From positions 53,256 through 85,255 of the forward strand of contig JAPWTW010000002.1 in NCBI GenBank assembly GCA_028275885.1: a stretch of 32,000 nt of DNA. The letters are read 5' to 3'. A program made the position numbers and the translations under genes. Below the pieces are notes generated by a model. It was not told where the DNA came from. It worked only from the letters and a program-made list of their open reading frames with translations, and did not search any database. The stretch is from Candidatus Nanopusillus sp. (GTDB taxonomy: Archaea > Nanobdellota > Nanobdellia > Nanobdellales > Nanobdellaceae). Of the stretch, positions 1 to 8,519 are shown piece after piece. Position 1 is the first letter of the stretch; every line of letters begins with the position of its first letter.

Positions 1-2
1 AT

Positions 3-86
3 ATAGATAACAATAAGAAAGAAGAAACAATATTTGATTATTCAATTGTAATAGGCGAAGACAAACCTTTAATTACTGTAAGATGA
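3..86 (+). CDS. rps4e: ribosomal protein eS4 (S4e), C-terminal end only; the 5' part lies outside the window
   Basis: Frame 3 from the window edge reads IDNNKKEETIFDYSIVIGEDKPLITVR*. The TGA at 84-86 overlaps the L5 ATG (ATGA). Its position directly upstream of L5 and the VIGxxKPxI-type C-terminus fit S4e. Only 27 aa are visible. Confidence 0.45.
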   Translation: MDNNKKEETIFDYSIVIGEDKPLITVR

Positions 87-613
87 ACTCAAATAAAAAT
101 AATATAATGAGAAGAATTATTATTGATAAGGTGACAATAAATATTGGAGTAGGTAAACCAGGTGAACCTTTGGAAAAGGCAGAAAAACTATTAAAAAAGA
201 TGTTTCCAAATCTTAAACCTGTTAGAACAAAGGCAAAGAAAAGGGTACAGGCTTGGGGGATTAGACCAGGATTGGAAATTGGAGTTAAATTAACAATAAG
301 GGGTAAGATGGCTGAAGAAGCATTAAAATGGTTATTGAAGGCAGTAAATAATACATTAAAAGAATCTCAATTTGATAAATATGGAAACTTTGGATTTGGA
401 ATAAAGGAATATGTATGGATACCTGGTATGAAATATGATCCATCAATTGGTATATATGGTATGGATGTTATAGTAACTGTTAGGAGACCTGGATATAGAG
501 TAATGTATAGAAGAATTAAGAGATCAAGAATACCTGAAAGACATAGAACTACAAAAGAGGAAGTTATAGAATATTTAAGAAATAATTTTGGTGTAAATAT
601 TGTAAAAGAATAA
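83..613 (+). CDS. rpl5: 50S ribosomal protein uL5 (L5)
   Basis: 176 aa. The sequence KVTINIGVGKPGEPLEKAEKLL...GIRPGLEIGVKLTIRG...GNFGFGIKEY...GMDVIVTV is typical of archaeal L5. The neighbours are r-protein genes. Confidence 0.93.
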   Translation: MNSNKNNIMRRIIIDKVTINIGVGKPGEPLEKAEKLLKKMFPNLKPVRTKAKKRVQAWGIRPGLEIGVKLTIRGKMAEEALKWLLKAVNNTLKESQFDKYGNFGFGIKEYVWIPGMKYDPSIGIYGMDVIVTVRRPGYRVMYRRIKRSRIPERHRTTKEEVIEYLRNNFGVNIVKE

Positions 614-644
614 TTTTTAATATTTTTTATAATATAAAGATAAA

Positions 645-1178
645 ATGAGAGTTCCAATTATGATAGATTATGTAGAAATACCGAATGGTGTAAATATATC
701 AATAGAAGATGGAAAAATATATATAAAAGGACCTAAAGGAGAAAAATATAGAAAGATAAATAATAGAAATATTATTGTTGAAATAAAAGAAAATAAAATA
801 ATATTTAAGGCATATTTTCCATCAAAGAAAATAATTAGAGATATGAATACAATGGTTGCACATATAAAAAACGATATTGAAGGTGTAACAAAAGGTTTTG
901 TATATAAATTAAGAGGTGTTTCAATACACTTTCCATTGAAATTAAAATTACAAAATAATAAATTAATAATTGAAAATTATATGGGTGGAAGGGATATAAA
1001 AGAGATAGAAATACCTAAAGGTGTAAAAGCTACATTGAATGAAAATGAGATTACATTAGAGGGATATGATATAGAAGTATTAGGAAATTTAGCAGGATTA
1101 ATAGAAAATTCAGTAAAGCCAAGAGAAAAGGATTTAAGAAAGTTCCAAGATGGAATTTATATTGTTCAAAAACCATGA
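645..1178 (+). CDS. rpl6: 50S ribosomal protein uL6 (L6)
   Basis: 177 aa. Matching segments are VEIPNGVNISIEDGKIYIKGPKGE, HIKNDIEGVTKGFVYKLRGVSIHFP, IENYMGGRD and DLRKFQDGIYIV, an archaeal L6 pattern. Confidence 0.93.
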   Translation: MRVPIMIDYVEIPNGVNISIEDGKIYIKGPKGEKYRKINNRNIIVEIKENKIIFKAYFPSKKIIRDMNTMVAHIKNDIEGVTKGFVYKLRGVSIHFPLKLKLQNNKLIIENYMGGRDIKEIEIPKGVKATLNENEITLEGYDIEVLGNLAGLIENSVKPREKDLRKFQDGIYIVQKP

Positions 1179-1552
1179 TGAATAAATTATTAAAATTAAG
1201 AAAAATAATTAAGAGGAAAAAACCAGATTATTTTAGATATCAATGGTGGAAAGTAATAAAATTGAGAAATAAAAAAGAATCTTGGAGAAGACCAAGGGGT
1301 ATACATAATAAGGTAAGAAAGAAATTAAAAAGCAGAGTTTCTATGGTAGAAGTTGGATATGGTTCTCCAAAAGAAGTAAAGGGGTTATTGCCAAATGGTA
1401 AGAAACCTATATTAGTACATAATATAGAAGAATTAGAAAAAATAGACAAAGAAAAAGAATGTGCAATAATTGCTTCTAATGTTGGAAAAAGAAAAAGAGA
1501 ACAAATAATAAATAGGGCAAAAGAACTAAATATTGAAATTTTTAATATCTAA
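1175..1552 (+). CDS. rpl32e: 50S ribosomal protein eL32 (L32e)
   Basis: 125 aa. It carries the WRRPRGIHNKVRKK motif of L32e. ATGA overlap with L6. L32e follows L6 in the conserved archaeal order. Confidence 0.9.
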   Translation: MMNKLLKLRKIIKRKKPDYFRYQWWKVIKLRNKKESWRRPRGIHNKVRKKLKSRVSMVEVGYGSPKEVKGLLPNGKKPILVHNIEELEKIDKEKECAIIASNVGKRKREQIINRAKELNIEIFNI

Positions 1553-2091
1553 TATTTATATAATTTGAAGTAATCTAATATAAAATTCTTTATTTTTTCA
1601 GAACTAATATATAAATCTCTTCCAGACATATCTATTAATTTCTTTTTTCCTCTAACTTTTTCTAAATTATGTTTCATTAAATTTAATACTTTTGAAAATC
1701 CAAAACTCAATAAAATTTTTTCAGTTCTACTAGCTTTACTTATATCAAAATCTTTAAATTCTTCTACATTATGAGAGCTTTCTATACTTATATCTAAATC
1801 ACCAACAGATGTATTTATATTATAAGCATTAATTAATATTGTTAATTCAATTTTCCAATCAATCTTTGGTTCTTCTTTCCAATAATTTTTGTAAGCTTCC
1901 CATTTAGCTTCTACAAATAATAAACCTTCTGGAGTTAATCTATGAAAATAATATTTTTCATATCTATCTTTTTTAAATATTCCTTCCCATCCATTAGCCT
2001 CAAGGAATTTTTTAAACTTTTCATAAAAATCTTGTGGAATAAATTTTATTTTTGATCTTACTCTTGTTTTATATATTGTTTCCCAGGTCAT
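1549..2091 (-). CDS. hypothetical protein, tandem paralog 2 of the 2088-2573 gene
   Basis: 180-aa ORF in about 20% GC DNA. ATGA overlap with the upstream gene. It shares FYxxFKxFxxxxGW plus a following W-containing strand pattern with its neighbour. I recognise no family. Confidence 0.6.
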   Translation of the reverse strand: MTWETIYKTRVRSKIKFIPQDFYEKFKKFLEANGWEGIFKKDRYEKYYFHRLTPEGLLFVEAKWEAYKNYWKEEPKIDWKIELTILINAYNINTSVGDLDISIESSHNVEEFKDFDISKASRTEKILLSFGFSKVLNLMKHNLEKVRGKKKLIDMSGRDLYISSEKIKNFILDYFKLYKY

Positions 2092-2573
2092 AACTTAAAT
2101 GAAGCTGTAAGATCCTTTGCTAAATTTAAAAATTCATCTGCAATTTTTCCAACATTTTTTTTATGATCTTTTAATTCACTGTCATATAAATATTTTTCAA
2201 ATAATCCCCTAAGAAATATATTAAATGGCTTATCCCCAAAATATTTCTGATAATCTGTTATTAGATCTCCATTTATTTTTATATTTAAATTTTCTGCATA
2301 TTGTTTCATATTGTCAACTAATTTTAAACTATCTACGCTAATAATTATATCATAACTATATGTTACATAGTCAGTTATTTTCTTTTCTGTGTGCCACTCT
2401 AGATTTATAGATCTGGAACCATCATCTTTTACCTTTTCTTCATGCTTATTTTCAAGGAAGTCAAATCCTTTATTATCCCAAAATTCTTTCAATGATTTAT
2501 AGAATTTTTGAAAATCAATTAGTCCGGTATATGAGAATGTTTTACCATCAACAATTCTTTCCTTTGGTGGCAT
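2088..2573 (-). CDS. hypothetical protein, tandem paralog 1
   Basis: 161-aa ORF. FQKFYKSLKEFWDNKGF aligns with DFYEKFKKFLEANGW of the downstream gene, and both have similar helical K/E/L-rich C-termini. Confidence 0.6.
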   Translation of the reverse strand: MPPKERIVDGKTFSYTGLIDFQKFYKSLKEFWDNKGFDFLENKHEEKVKDDGSRSINLEWHTEKKITDYVTYSYDIIISVDSLKLVDNMKQYAENLNIKINGDLITDYQKYFGDKPFNIFLRGLFEKYLYDSELKDHKKNVGKIADEFLNLAKDLTASFKL

Positions 2574-2617
2574 AATAAATAAAAAAACTTTAATAATTAA
2601 AAGTTAAACCTTTTATA

Positions 2618-3004
2618 ATGTATAGGGTAATATCTTTTTTACAAAGGTTAAGAGAGAAAAAGGGTTCTATTATAATTGTAGAAGGTAAGAGAGATAAAGA
2701 AGTATTAAAAGAATTTGGATTTAATAATGTATATACAATATATGAATTAAGAAAGAATGATAATATATCCTTAAATTATAGAGAGGCAATTATATTAACA
2801 GATAATGATAATAAAGGGAAAATTTTATATAAATATGTAAGAAATTTATTAGAATCTGATGGAATAATTGTAAATGATATTGAAAGGAAAAAATTCTTTA
2901 AATATTTTAGGGTAAAGAGTGTCGAAGATTTAAGAAAGCATATTGAGGAAATAAAATTCTATATTAATTATTTTGAGAATCCTGAGAAGATTTTATACTT
3001 TTAA
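2618..3004 (+). CDS. small Toprim-domain protein (COG1658 / RNase M5-like)
   Basis: 128 aa. IIIVEGKRDKEVLKEFGF provides the conserved Glu and AIILTDNDNKGK provides DxD, giving the Toprim signature. The size fits the stand-alone archaeal Toprim proteins. Confidence 0.75.
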   Translation: MYRVISFLQRLREKKGSIIIVEGKRDKEVLKEFGFNNVYTIYELRKNDNISLNYREAIILTDNDNKGKILYKYVRNLLESDGIIVNDIERKKFFKYFRVKSVEDLRKHIEEIKFYINYFENPEKILYF

Positions 3005-4355
3005 TTTTTTTAATTGGATATGATAAAGGGTTTTTAATTAATGAACAAATATTATCTGGGGTACATACTCCAATATCTTTATAATATATTTCATTATTGC
3101 AATTTGGTGTTAAATATTTTTTATTATTTTTATATAATTTTTTATGCCATTCTAATTGATATTCTATATATCTATCCTTTAATGGATCTTGCAAATTTTC
3201 ATTCCACTCTTTTATATATCTTTCAATTTTATCCCAATTCCATCCAATATTTGCAAAGAAATTTATTAATATAAATAAAGATCTTTTTCTTCCATCATCC
3301 ATTTCTTTATTATTCAATATATTTTTTATACATGGAGGGAATAAATCTTCATTTATTTCTATTTTTCTTTTCTTTATTTCTTCTATATCTTTTTTTGCCT
3401 CTTCAATCCATTCTTTATTTTTATAATTTTCTGCTAATTGGCTAAACTTTATTACCTCAAATTCATTTTTTATTTTCCATAGTAATGAATCATTAATTAA
3501 TTTTCTTAATTCTTTAGATTCTTTTCTTTCTAAATCTTCGGTTAAATATGGTATACCTTCATATGAATAATTATTTATATTAGAATCTTCAGGATTTAAT
3601 TTTTCTATATAATTTTCTTTTATTGGTATAGATAAATTTCCTGTTTTTTCATTTATTGAATATAGACATCTAATCAAATGTCTTGATGATATTAATATTG
3701 TATCTATTTCAATTATATCATATGGATTTAATTTTTCTATATCATTTACTCCATATTCTTTCAATTCACCTTCACTAAATTTTAATAATATTATTTTCTT
3801 TAATTTCTCTTCTATTTCCTTTGATATATATAATGCTAATATCCTTGCAAGATCTGGAAATAATTTCCTTGTTTCTTCTTCTACAAGATTATCCTTTTTG
3901 TATATATTTATTGTTTCTGGAAATATTTCCCATGGGATTGCTATATGGAATCCTTTTCCTCCAGAATATTTTATATAAATTGGTTTAATATTTTTTTCTT
4001 TTAAATAATCAAAAATAATTCTTGCAGCAACTTTTGATAAATCTAAAGATTTTGCATCTATATCTATTATAAAATCCCATCCCAATCTATATTCATTTAA
4101 ATCTTTTTTTGAAACTTTCTCACTCAAAATATTTAAATCAATCCATCTTTCAATTGATATATGAAATGAAATAGCACCCTTTTTAATATAATTTATTATA
4201 TCATCTTTTGTTTCTATTTTTGATGGTCTATGTCCAAAATTATTATTTGATAATAAATATCCAACTTCCCTATTTTGTGAAATTTTTACCATATCTTCTA
4301 AAATTTCTTTATTATTTTGATAGAATTTAATTAAATTATTTACCATTATACTCAT
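2964..4355 (-). CDS. pri: archaeo-eukaryotic DNA primase: PriS catalytic domain fused to a PriL-CTD-like Fe-S domain
   Basis: 463 aa. PriS motifs are FIIDIDAKS (DxD), YSGGKGFHIAIPW (SGxxGxH) and IDTILISSRHLIRCLYSINEKTG. The C-terminal 130 aa carry FPPCIKNIL...GRKRSLFILINFFANIGW...TPNCNN...GVCTPDNICSLIKNPLSYP, the PPC/4-Cys pattern of the PriL C-terminal domain. Confidence 0.85.
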   Translation of the reverse strand: MSIMVNNLIKFYQNNKEILEDMVKISQNREVGYLLSNNNFGHRPSKIETKDDIINYIKKGAISFHISIERWIDLNILSEKVSKKDLNEYRLGWDFIIDIDAKSLDLSKVAARIIFDYLKEKNIKPIYIKYSGGKGFHIAIPWEIFPETINIYKKDNLVEEETRKLFPDLARILALYISKEIEEKLKKIILLKFSEGELKEYGVNDIEKLNPYDIIEIDTILISSRHLIRCLYSINEKTGNLSIPIKENYIEKLNPEDSNINNYSYEGIPYLTEDLERKESKELRKLINDSLLWKIKNEFEVIKFSQLAENYKNKEWIEEAKKDIEEIKKRKIEINEDLFPPCIKNILNNKEMDDGRKRSLFILINFFANIGWNWDKIERYIKEWNENLQDPLKDRYIEYQLEWHKKLYKNNKKYLTPNCNNEIYYKDIGVCTPDNICSLIKNPLSYPIKKIKSIKSSQDSQNN

Positions 4356-4423
4356 AATAATTTTTTATTGCAAAAAAATAAAAATTACAAAGATTTATAA
4401 AAATTTATAAAATCATTCTAATA

Positions 4424-4969
4424 ATGTTTTATGAAATTCAAATATATGATGTAGTAAGAGTACCACCAAATGAAATAACAGATAATGTAAATGAAATGAT
4501 AGAAAAAATATTATTAAATAATTATGTTGGAATGGGTGGAAAAGAATATGGAATAATTGTAACAATAAAATCTATAGATGAAATATCTGAAGGTATAATG
4601 GTTTTTGAAGATGGAGGGGTATATTATAAAGTGAAATTTACTGCAATTTCATATTTACCAATTATTTCTGAATTAACATATGGATTTGTGTCATCTATAA
4701 CAGAATTTGGGGCTTTTATAAATATAGGACCTATAGATGCATTGGTTCATATTTCTCAAATAATGGATGATGAAGTATCAGTTTCTGGAAAGGAGGCTTT
4801 AGTTGGAAAAAATAGTAGAAGAGTATTAAAAGTAAATGACATGGTAAAAGCAAGAATAATTACAGTAAGTTATAAGGGTGTATCAAATGTAAGAATTGCA
4901 ATGACAATGAAACAACCAGGATTGGGAAAATTGGAATGGCTTGAACAAAAGAAAAAATCTAGTAAATAA
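4424..4969 (+). CDS. rpo7: DNA-directed RNA polymerase subunit Rpo7 (E')
   Basis: 181 aa. The N-terminal Rpb7 fold is followed by an S1 domain (GFVSSITEFGAFINIGPIDALVHISQI). Spt4/E'' follows, as in most archaea. Confidence 0.88.
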   Translation: MFYEIQIYDVVRVPPNEITDNVNEMIEKILLNNYVGMGGKEYGIIVTIKSIDEISEGIMVFEDGGVYYKVKFTAISYLPIISELTYGFVSSITEFGAFINIGPIDALVHISQIMDDEVSVSGKEALVGKNSRRVLKVNDMVKARIITVSYKGVSNVRIAMTMKQPGLGKLEWLEQKKKSSK

Positions 4970-5172
4970 TGGCATATAGAAAACCAAAAAGAAAGATTTG
5001 TAGAAATTGTAAAGCAATAATTGATAAAGATGTAGATAGATGTCCATATTGTGGTTCTACAGATTTATCTGAAGATTATTCTGGATTTATTATAATTGTA
5101 AATCAGAATAATTCTGAATTTTCTAAAAAATTAAATTTAAAAGAAGGTAAGTGGGCAATAAGGGTATTATAA
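4969..5172 (+). CDS. spt4: transcription elongation factor Spt4 (RpoE'')
   Basis: 67 aa. Zn ribbon CRNCKAIIDKDVDRCPYCGS followed by SEDYSGFIIIV...GKWAIRV. TAATG overlap with rpo7. Confidence 0.85.
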   Translation: MAYRKPKRKICRNCKAIIDKDVDRCPYCGSTDLSEDYSGFIIIVNQNNSEFSKKLNLKEGKWAIRVL

Positions 5173-5173
5173 G

Positions 5174-6886
5174 ATGGATATAAATAAATTAATAAAAAAA
5201 TGGATTTTATATAATAAATATAAATATGGAAATGTAGATTTAAATTCTGTTGTATCAAAAATAGTATATGAAAATCCAGATTTAAAGAAAAATATAAAAG
5301 AAATAATTCCAAAAGTAAAAGAAGAAATAAATAACTTAATTAATATATCTAGAGAAGAAGCTTATAATATATTATTAAAAGAATATCCAGAATTATTAGA
5401 AGAAAAGAAAAAAGATGAAAGAAAAGGATTGCCAACATTAAAGAATGCAATAGAAGGTAAAGTTAGGACAAGATTTGCTCCAAATCCCTCAGGATATTTA
5501 CATATAGGTCATGCAAGAGCAATTATATTGAATTATGAATATGCAAAAATGTATAAGGGAAAATTTATATTAAGGATTGAAGATACTGATCCAAAGGTTA
5601 AAAAGCCAGATCCAGATGTATATGAATCAATAATGGAAGATGTTGAATGGTTAATAAATGATAAAGTAGATGAATTTTATATACAATCAGAAAGATTAGA
5701 TATATATTATAAATATATAAAGGAATTAATTGAAAAAGGATTTGCGTATGTGGATCTTTCTTCAAAGGAAATAATATCAAAATATAGAATGGAAGGAATT
5801 CCTACAGAATATAGATTGAAAGAACCTGAATGGCATTTAGAACAGTTTGAAAAAATGTTAAATGGATATTATGAAGAAGAAAAGGCGGTAATAAGGATTA
5901 AAACTGATCTAAATCATCCAAATCCATCTGTAAGAGATTGGATTGCATTTAGAATTGTTGATCCAAATAAAAATCCTCATCCATATTTATTAAAAAAATA
6001 TGGAAAAAATTATGTAGAAAGATATTGGTTATGGCCGACATATAATTTTTCTGTATCTATAGACGATCATTTAATGGGAATAACACATGTTTTAAGAATG
6101 AAGGAACATGAAGTAAATACATATAAACAAAAATATATTTATGAATATTTTGATTGGGAATTTCCAACAGTAATAAATTATGGAGCATTATTAGTAAAAG
6201 ATTTACCATTGCATAAATCTGAAATAAGAAAATTAATAAAGGAAGGAAAAATATCTGGATGGGATGATCCATTTTTACCAACATTAAAAGGATTGAAAAG
6301 AAGAGGAATTGATAGAGAAGCAATAAGAAAATATATTTTAGAAATAGGCCCAAATCCTGTAGATGTAATTATAAATTGGGATAAAATATATACATATAAT
6401 AGAGAGATATATGATAAAAAGGCTAAAAGATTTTTTATAATAAGAGATCCAATAAAAGTTATAATAAATGATTTACCATTAAATAAAATAATAAAAGTTA
6501 AAAATCATCCAGAAGTAGATTTAGGATATAGGGAATTTATAATAAAGTCTAATATAATTTATATAGATAGAAATGATATAAATAATAAGTATTTAAGATT
6601 ATTTGAAGGATTTAATATTGAAATAATAGATAAAAAGGATGATTATGTTATTGCTAAATATTTATCAGATAGTATAGAAGATGCGAAAAAATTGAATGCA
6701 AAAATTGTCCAATGGATACCTGAAGAATATAAGATTAATATAAAAATATGGGAAAAAGATGGTATAATAAATGTAATTGCTGAAAAATATGTATTAGAGT
6801 TAACAAAAGATGGAGAAATAATTCATGGAATAAGGTATGGATTCTTTAAGAGAGAAAAAGATTATTTAATATATATGCATAAATAA
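5174..6886 (+). CDS. gltX: glutamyl-tRNA synthetase, archaeal type (probably non-discriminating)
   Basis: 570 aa. RFAPNPSGYLHIGHARAIILN provides the HIGH motif. The class I Glu/Gln catalytic core is present (RIEDTDP, WPTYNFSVSIDDHLMGITHVLR). GatD in the same window fits the indirect Gln-tRNA route. Confidence 0.92.
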   Translation: MDINKLIKKWILYNKYKYGNVDLNSVVSKIVYENPDLKKNIKEIIPKVKEEINNLINISREEAYNILLKEYPELLEEKKKDERKGLPTLKNAIEGKVRTRFAPNPSGYLHIGHARAIILNYEYAKMYKGKFILRIEDTDPKVKKPDPDVYESIMEDVEWLINDKVDEFYIQSERLDIYYKYIKELIEKGFAYVDLSSKEIISKYRMEGIPTEYRLKEPEWHLEQFEKMLNGYYEEEKAVIRIKTDLNHPNPSVRDWIAFRIVDPNKNPHPYLLKKYGKNYVERYWLWPTYNFSVSIDDHLMGITHVLRMKEHEVNTYKQKYIYEYFDWEFPTVINYGALLVKDLPLHKSEIRKLIKEGKISGWDDPFLPTLKGLKRRGIDREAIRKYILEIGPNPVDVIINWDKIYTYNREIYDKKAKRFFIIRDPIKVIINDLPLNKIIKVKNHPEVDLGYREFIIKSNIIYIDRNDINNKYLRLFEGFNIEIIDKKDDYVIAKYLSDSIEDAKKLNAKIVQWIPEEYKINIKIWEKDGIINVIAEKYVLELTKDGEIIHGIRYGFFKREKDYLIYMHK

Positions 6887-6915
6887 TTTTTAAATGAAAT
6901 TTATAATATATAAAA

Positions 6916-7272
6916 ATGGTTAGTGAAGAAGAAATTGCATCAAAGTATGAAGAGTTTGAAAATTTAAGACAAGCATATTTATTAATAGAAAATAAAAGAC
7001 AGAAGGTTTTACAAGATTTAGCTGAGACAGAAAATGCATTAAAAGAATTATCAAACTTACCAGATAATAAAAAGGTTTATTATATGATAGGAAATATATT
7101 AATAGAAAAAGATAAAAAAGAACTGATAAATAAGTTAAATGAAGATAAAGAAATATTAAAGGTTGAAGCTGAAAAGTTAAAAAAACAGTCTGAGATATAT
7201 AAAGAAAAATTAAATTCTTTAACGAATGAATTAAATGATTTATTAAAGAGATCTAATTTACAATCTAAATAG
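6916..7272 (+). CDS. pfdB: prefoldin beta subunit
   Basis: 118 aa. Coiled coil - beta hairpin (KVYYMIGNILIEKDKKE) - coiled coil architecture. The size and pattern are those of archaeal PfdB. Confidence 0.8.
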   Translation: MVSEEEIASKYEEFENLRQAYLLIENKRQKVLQDLAETENALKELSNLPDNKKVYYMIGNILIEKDKKELINKLNEDKEILKVEAEKLKKQSEIYKEKLNSLTNELNDLLKRSNLQSK

Positions 7273-7341
7273 ATAATATCATAAAAGATAATCAAAAATA
7301 TTAACCAAAGGCATAAAAATGATAGAAAAATATATATTTAT

Positions 7342-7731
7342 ATGGTATTAGGAAACATATTTAAGTCAAAGAAGAAAGAAGCTTCTGATCAGTATGTAGA
7401 GGTAATACCTACTCAGAAGGCTGAGGAGGTAAAGATTTATGTTAGAGTATTTAGGATAAAAGATCCATCAGAAGTTAAGGCTGTTGTAGACTCTCTAAGG
7501 GAAAGAAATTATATAGTATTTGTAGATATATCAGGATTAAATGTAGACAAAGATCTTGTAGAAGTAAAGAAAGTTGTGTCTAGAATAAAATCTGTTGTAG
7601 ATGCAATTGGTGGAGATATAGTTGCTGTAAATAAAGATTGGATTATTGCTACACCACCATATGTAAGGATTTGGAGAAGACATCAAATGTCTTCTATTGA
7701 AGAAGTAAAACAAGAAAATCTGCAATCTTAA
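7342..7731 (+). CDS. sepF: SepF-like cell division protein (DUF552)
   Basis: 129 aa. VRVFRIKDPSEVKAVVDSLRERNYIVFVDISGL...RIKSVVDAIGGDIVAVNKDWIIATP matches the SepF core pattern. FtsZ is present in the window. Confidence 0.75.
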   Translation: MVLGNIFKSKKKEASDQYVEVIPTQKAEEVKIYVRVFRIKDPSEVKAVVDSLRERNYIVFVDISGLNVDKDLVEVKKVVSRIKSVVDAIGGDIVAVNKDWIIATPPYVRIWRRHQMSSIEEVKQENLQS

Positions 7732-8216
7732 TATATTTTTGATAATCCTTTTTCATCTTCTATTATTATAGTTAATTCTTTTTTATTATTTAATACGTCT
7801 TCTATATAATTTATTTTTTCTATTATTTTATTATATTTTTCTTTATCATCAAAATATAATATCTTAAAGCTTTCTAAGTTATTTTTTATATTCATTAGAA
7901 AATCATCTATCGTTCTAATTTCAAATTTCGATTCAATACCAGGAGTTATTTCTATTTCAATTTCTTTTAAAATTACCTTTGCATAAGGAGATTTTAAAAG
8001 TAACTTTCTTGTTTTTTCTATATTATCTATTTTATATTCTATTTTTATATAACCCTTATCTTCTAATGGTATTATTTCAAATGTTTTATAGTTGCAAGAA
8101 TTACATTTAAATACATAAAGTAATGACTTACCTAATTCTGGAAAATCATATTCAATTGTTTTTACTTCAATATCCTTTGAATTACAAATTGGACAATAAT
8201 CTGTTAAGATTATCAT
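7728..8216 (-). CDS. ZPR1-type zinc-finger protein (COG1779)
   Basis: 162 aa. CPICNS...x21...CNSCNYK zinc ribbon followed by a ZPR1 A-domain-like region (LLLKSPYAKVILKEIEIEITPG...IRTIDDFL). Confidence 0.8.
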   Translation of the reverse strand: MIILTDYCPICNSKDIEVKTIEYDFPELGKSLLYVFKCNSCNYKTFEIIPLEDKGYIKIEYKIDNIEKTRKLLLKSPYAKVILKEIEIEITPGIESKFEIRTIDDFLMNIKNNLESFKILYFDDKEKYNKIIEKINYIEDVLNNKKELTIIIEDEKGLSKIY

Positions 8217-8382
8217 ATATTTTTAATAATCTAAATATTAAGTTCATCTGAGCTCTTACCTTCGATATATCTTTTTTATCAATTATTATACTATTATTTT
8301 TAATTTTTATTCCTTCTTGAGATTCCAAAAATTTCAGTATATCTTTTAAATCTTTATCTTCAATATTAATTATTATTTTCAT
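8182..8382 (-). CDS. pcc1: KEOPS subunit Pcc1-like protein
   Basis: 66 aa. IIIDKKDISKVRAQMNLIFRLLKI aligns with the Pcc1 signature I.I.A.D..ALR...NS.LRWIK. It lies in the L37ae-RpoP neighbourhood where archaeal Pcc1 is typically found. ATGA overlap with rpoP. Confidence 0.55.
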   Translation of the reverse strand: MKIIINIEDKDLKDILKFLESQEGIKIKNNSIIIDKKDISKVRAQMNLIFRLLKIYDNLNRLLSNL

Positions 8383-8519
8383 ACAGCTTTTATTTTTTTA
8401 ATTGTATTTGGTCTTAATTTTACTAATATTTTTGATCCACAATATATACATTTAACTTTTTTTAATGCAGTTTCTCCATCTATTATTCTTTTACAATTTA
8501 TACAAATATATTGGGTCAT
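8379..8519 (-). CDS. rpoP: RNA polymerase subunit Rpo12 (RpoP), 46 aa; absent from the supplied ORF track
   Basis: My translation of the minus strand is MTQYICINCKRIIDGETALKKVKCIYCGSKILVKLRPNTIKKIKAV*. The CxxC-x13-CxxC ribbon followed by ILxKxR is the RpoP/Rpb12 pattern. ATGA overlaps occur at both ends (8516-8519 and 8379-8382). Confidence 0.8.
   Translation of the reverse strand: MTQYICINCKRIIDGETALKKVKCIYCGSKILVKLRPNTIKKIKAV

Noticed and set aside
1175-1181. ATGATGA at the L6/L32e junction, and another at 14709-14715 in the nadM-uppS spacer, considered as C boxes of further C/D sRNAs.
   Set aside because: The first is just an ATGA stop/start overlap followed by a second Met codon. Neither has a CTGA/D-type box at 12-nt guide spacing on either strand.
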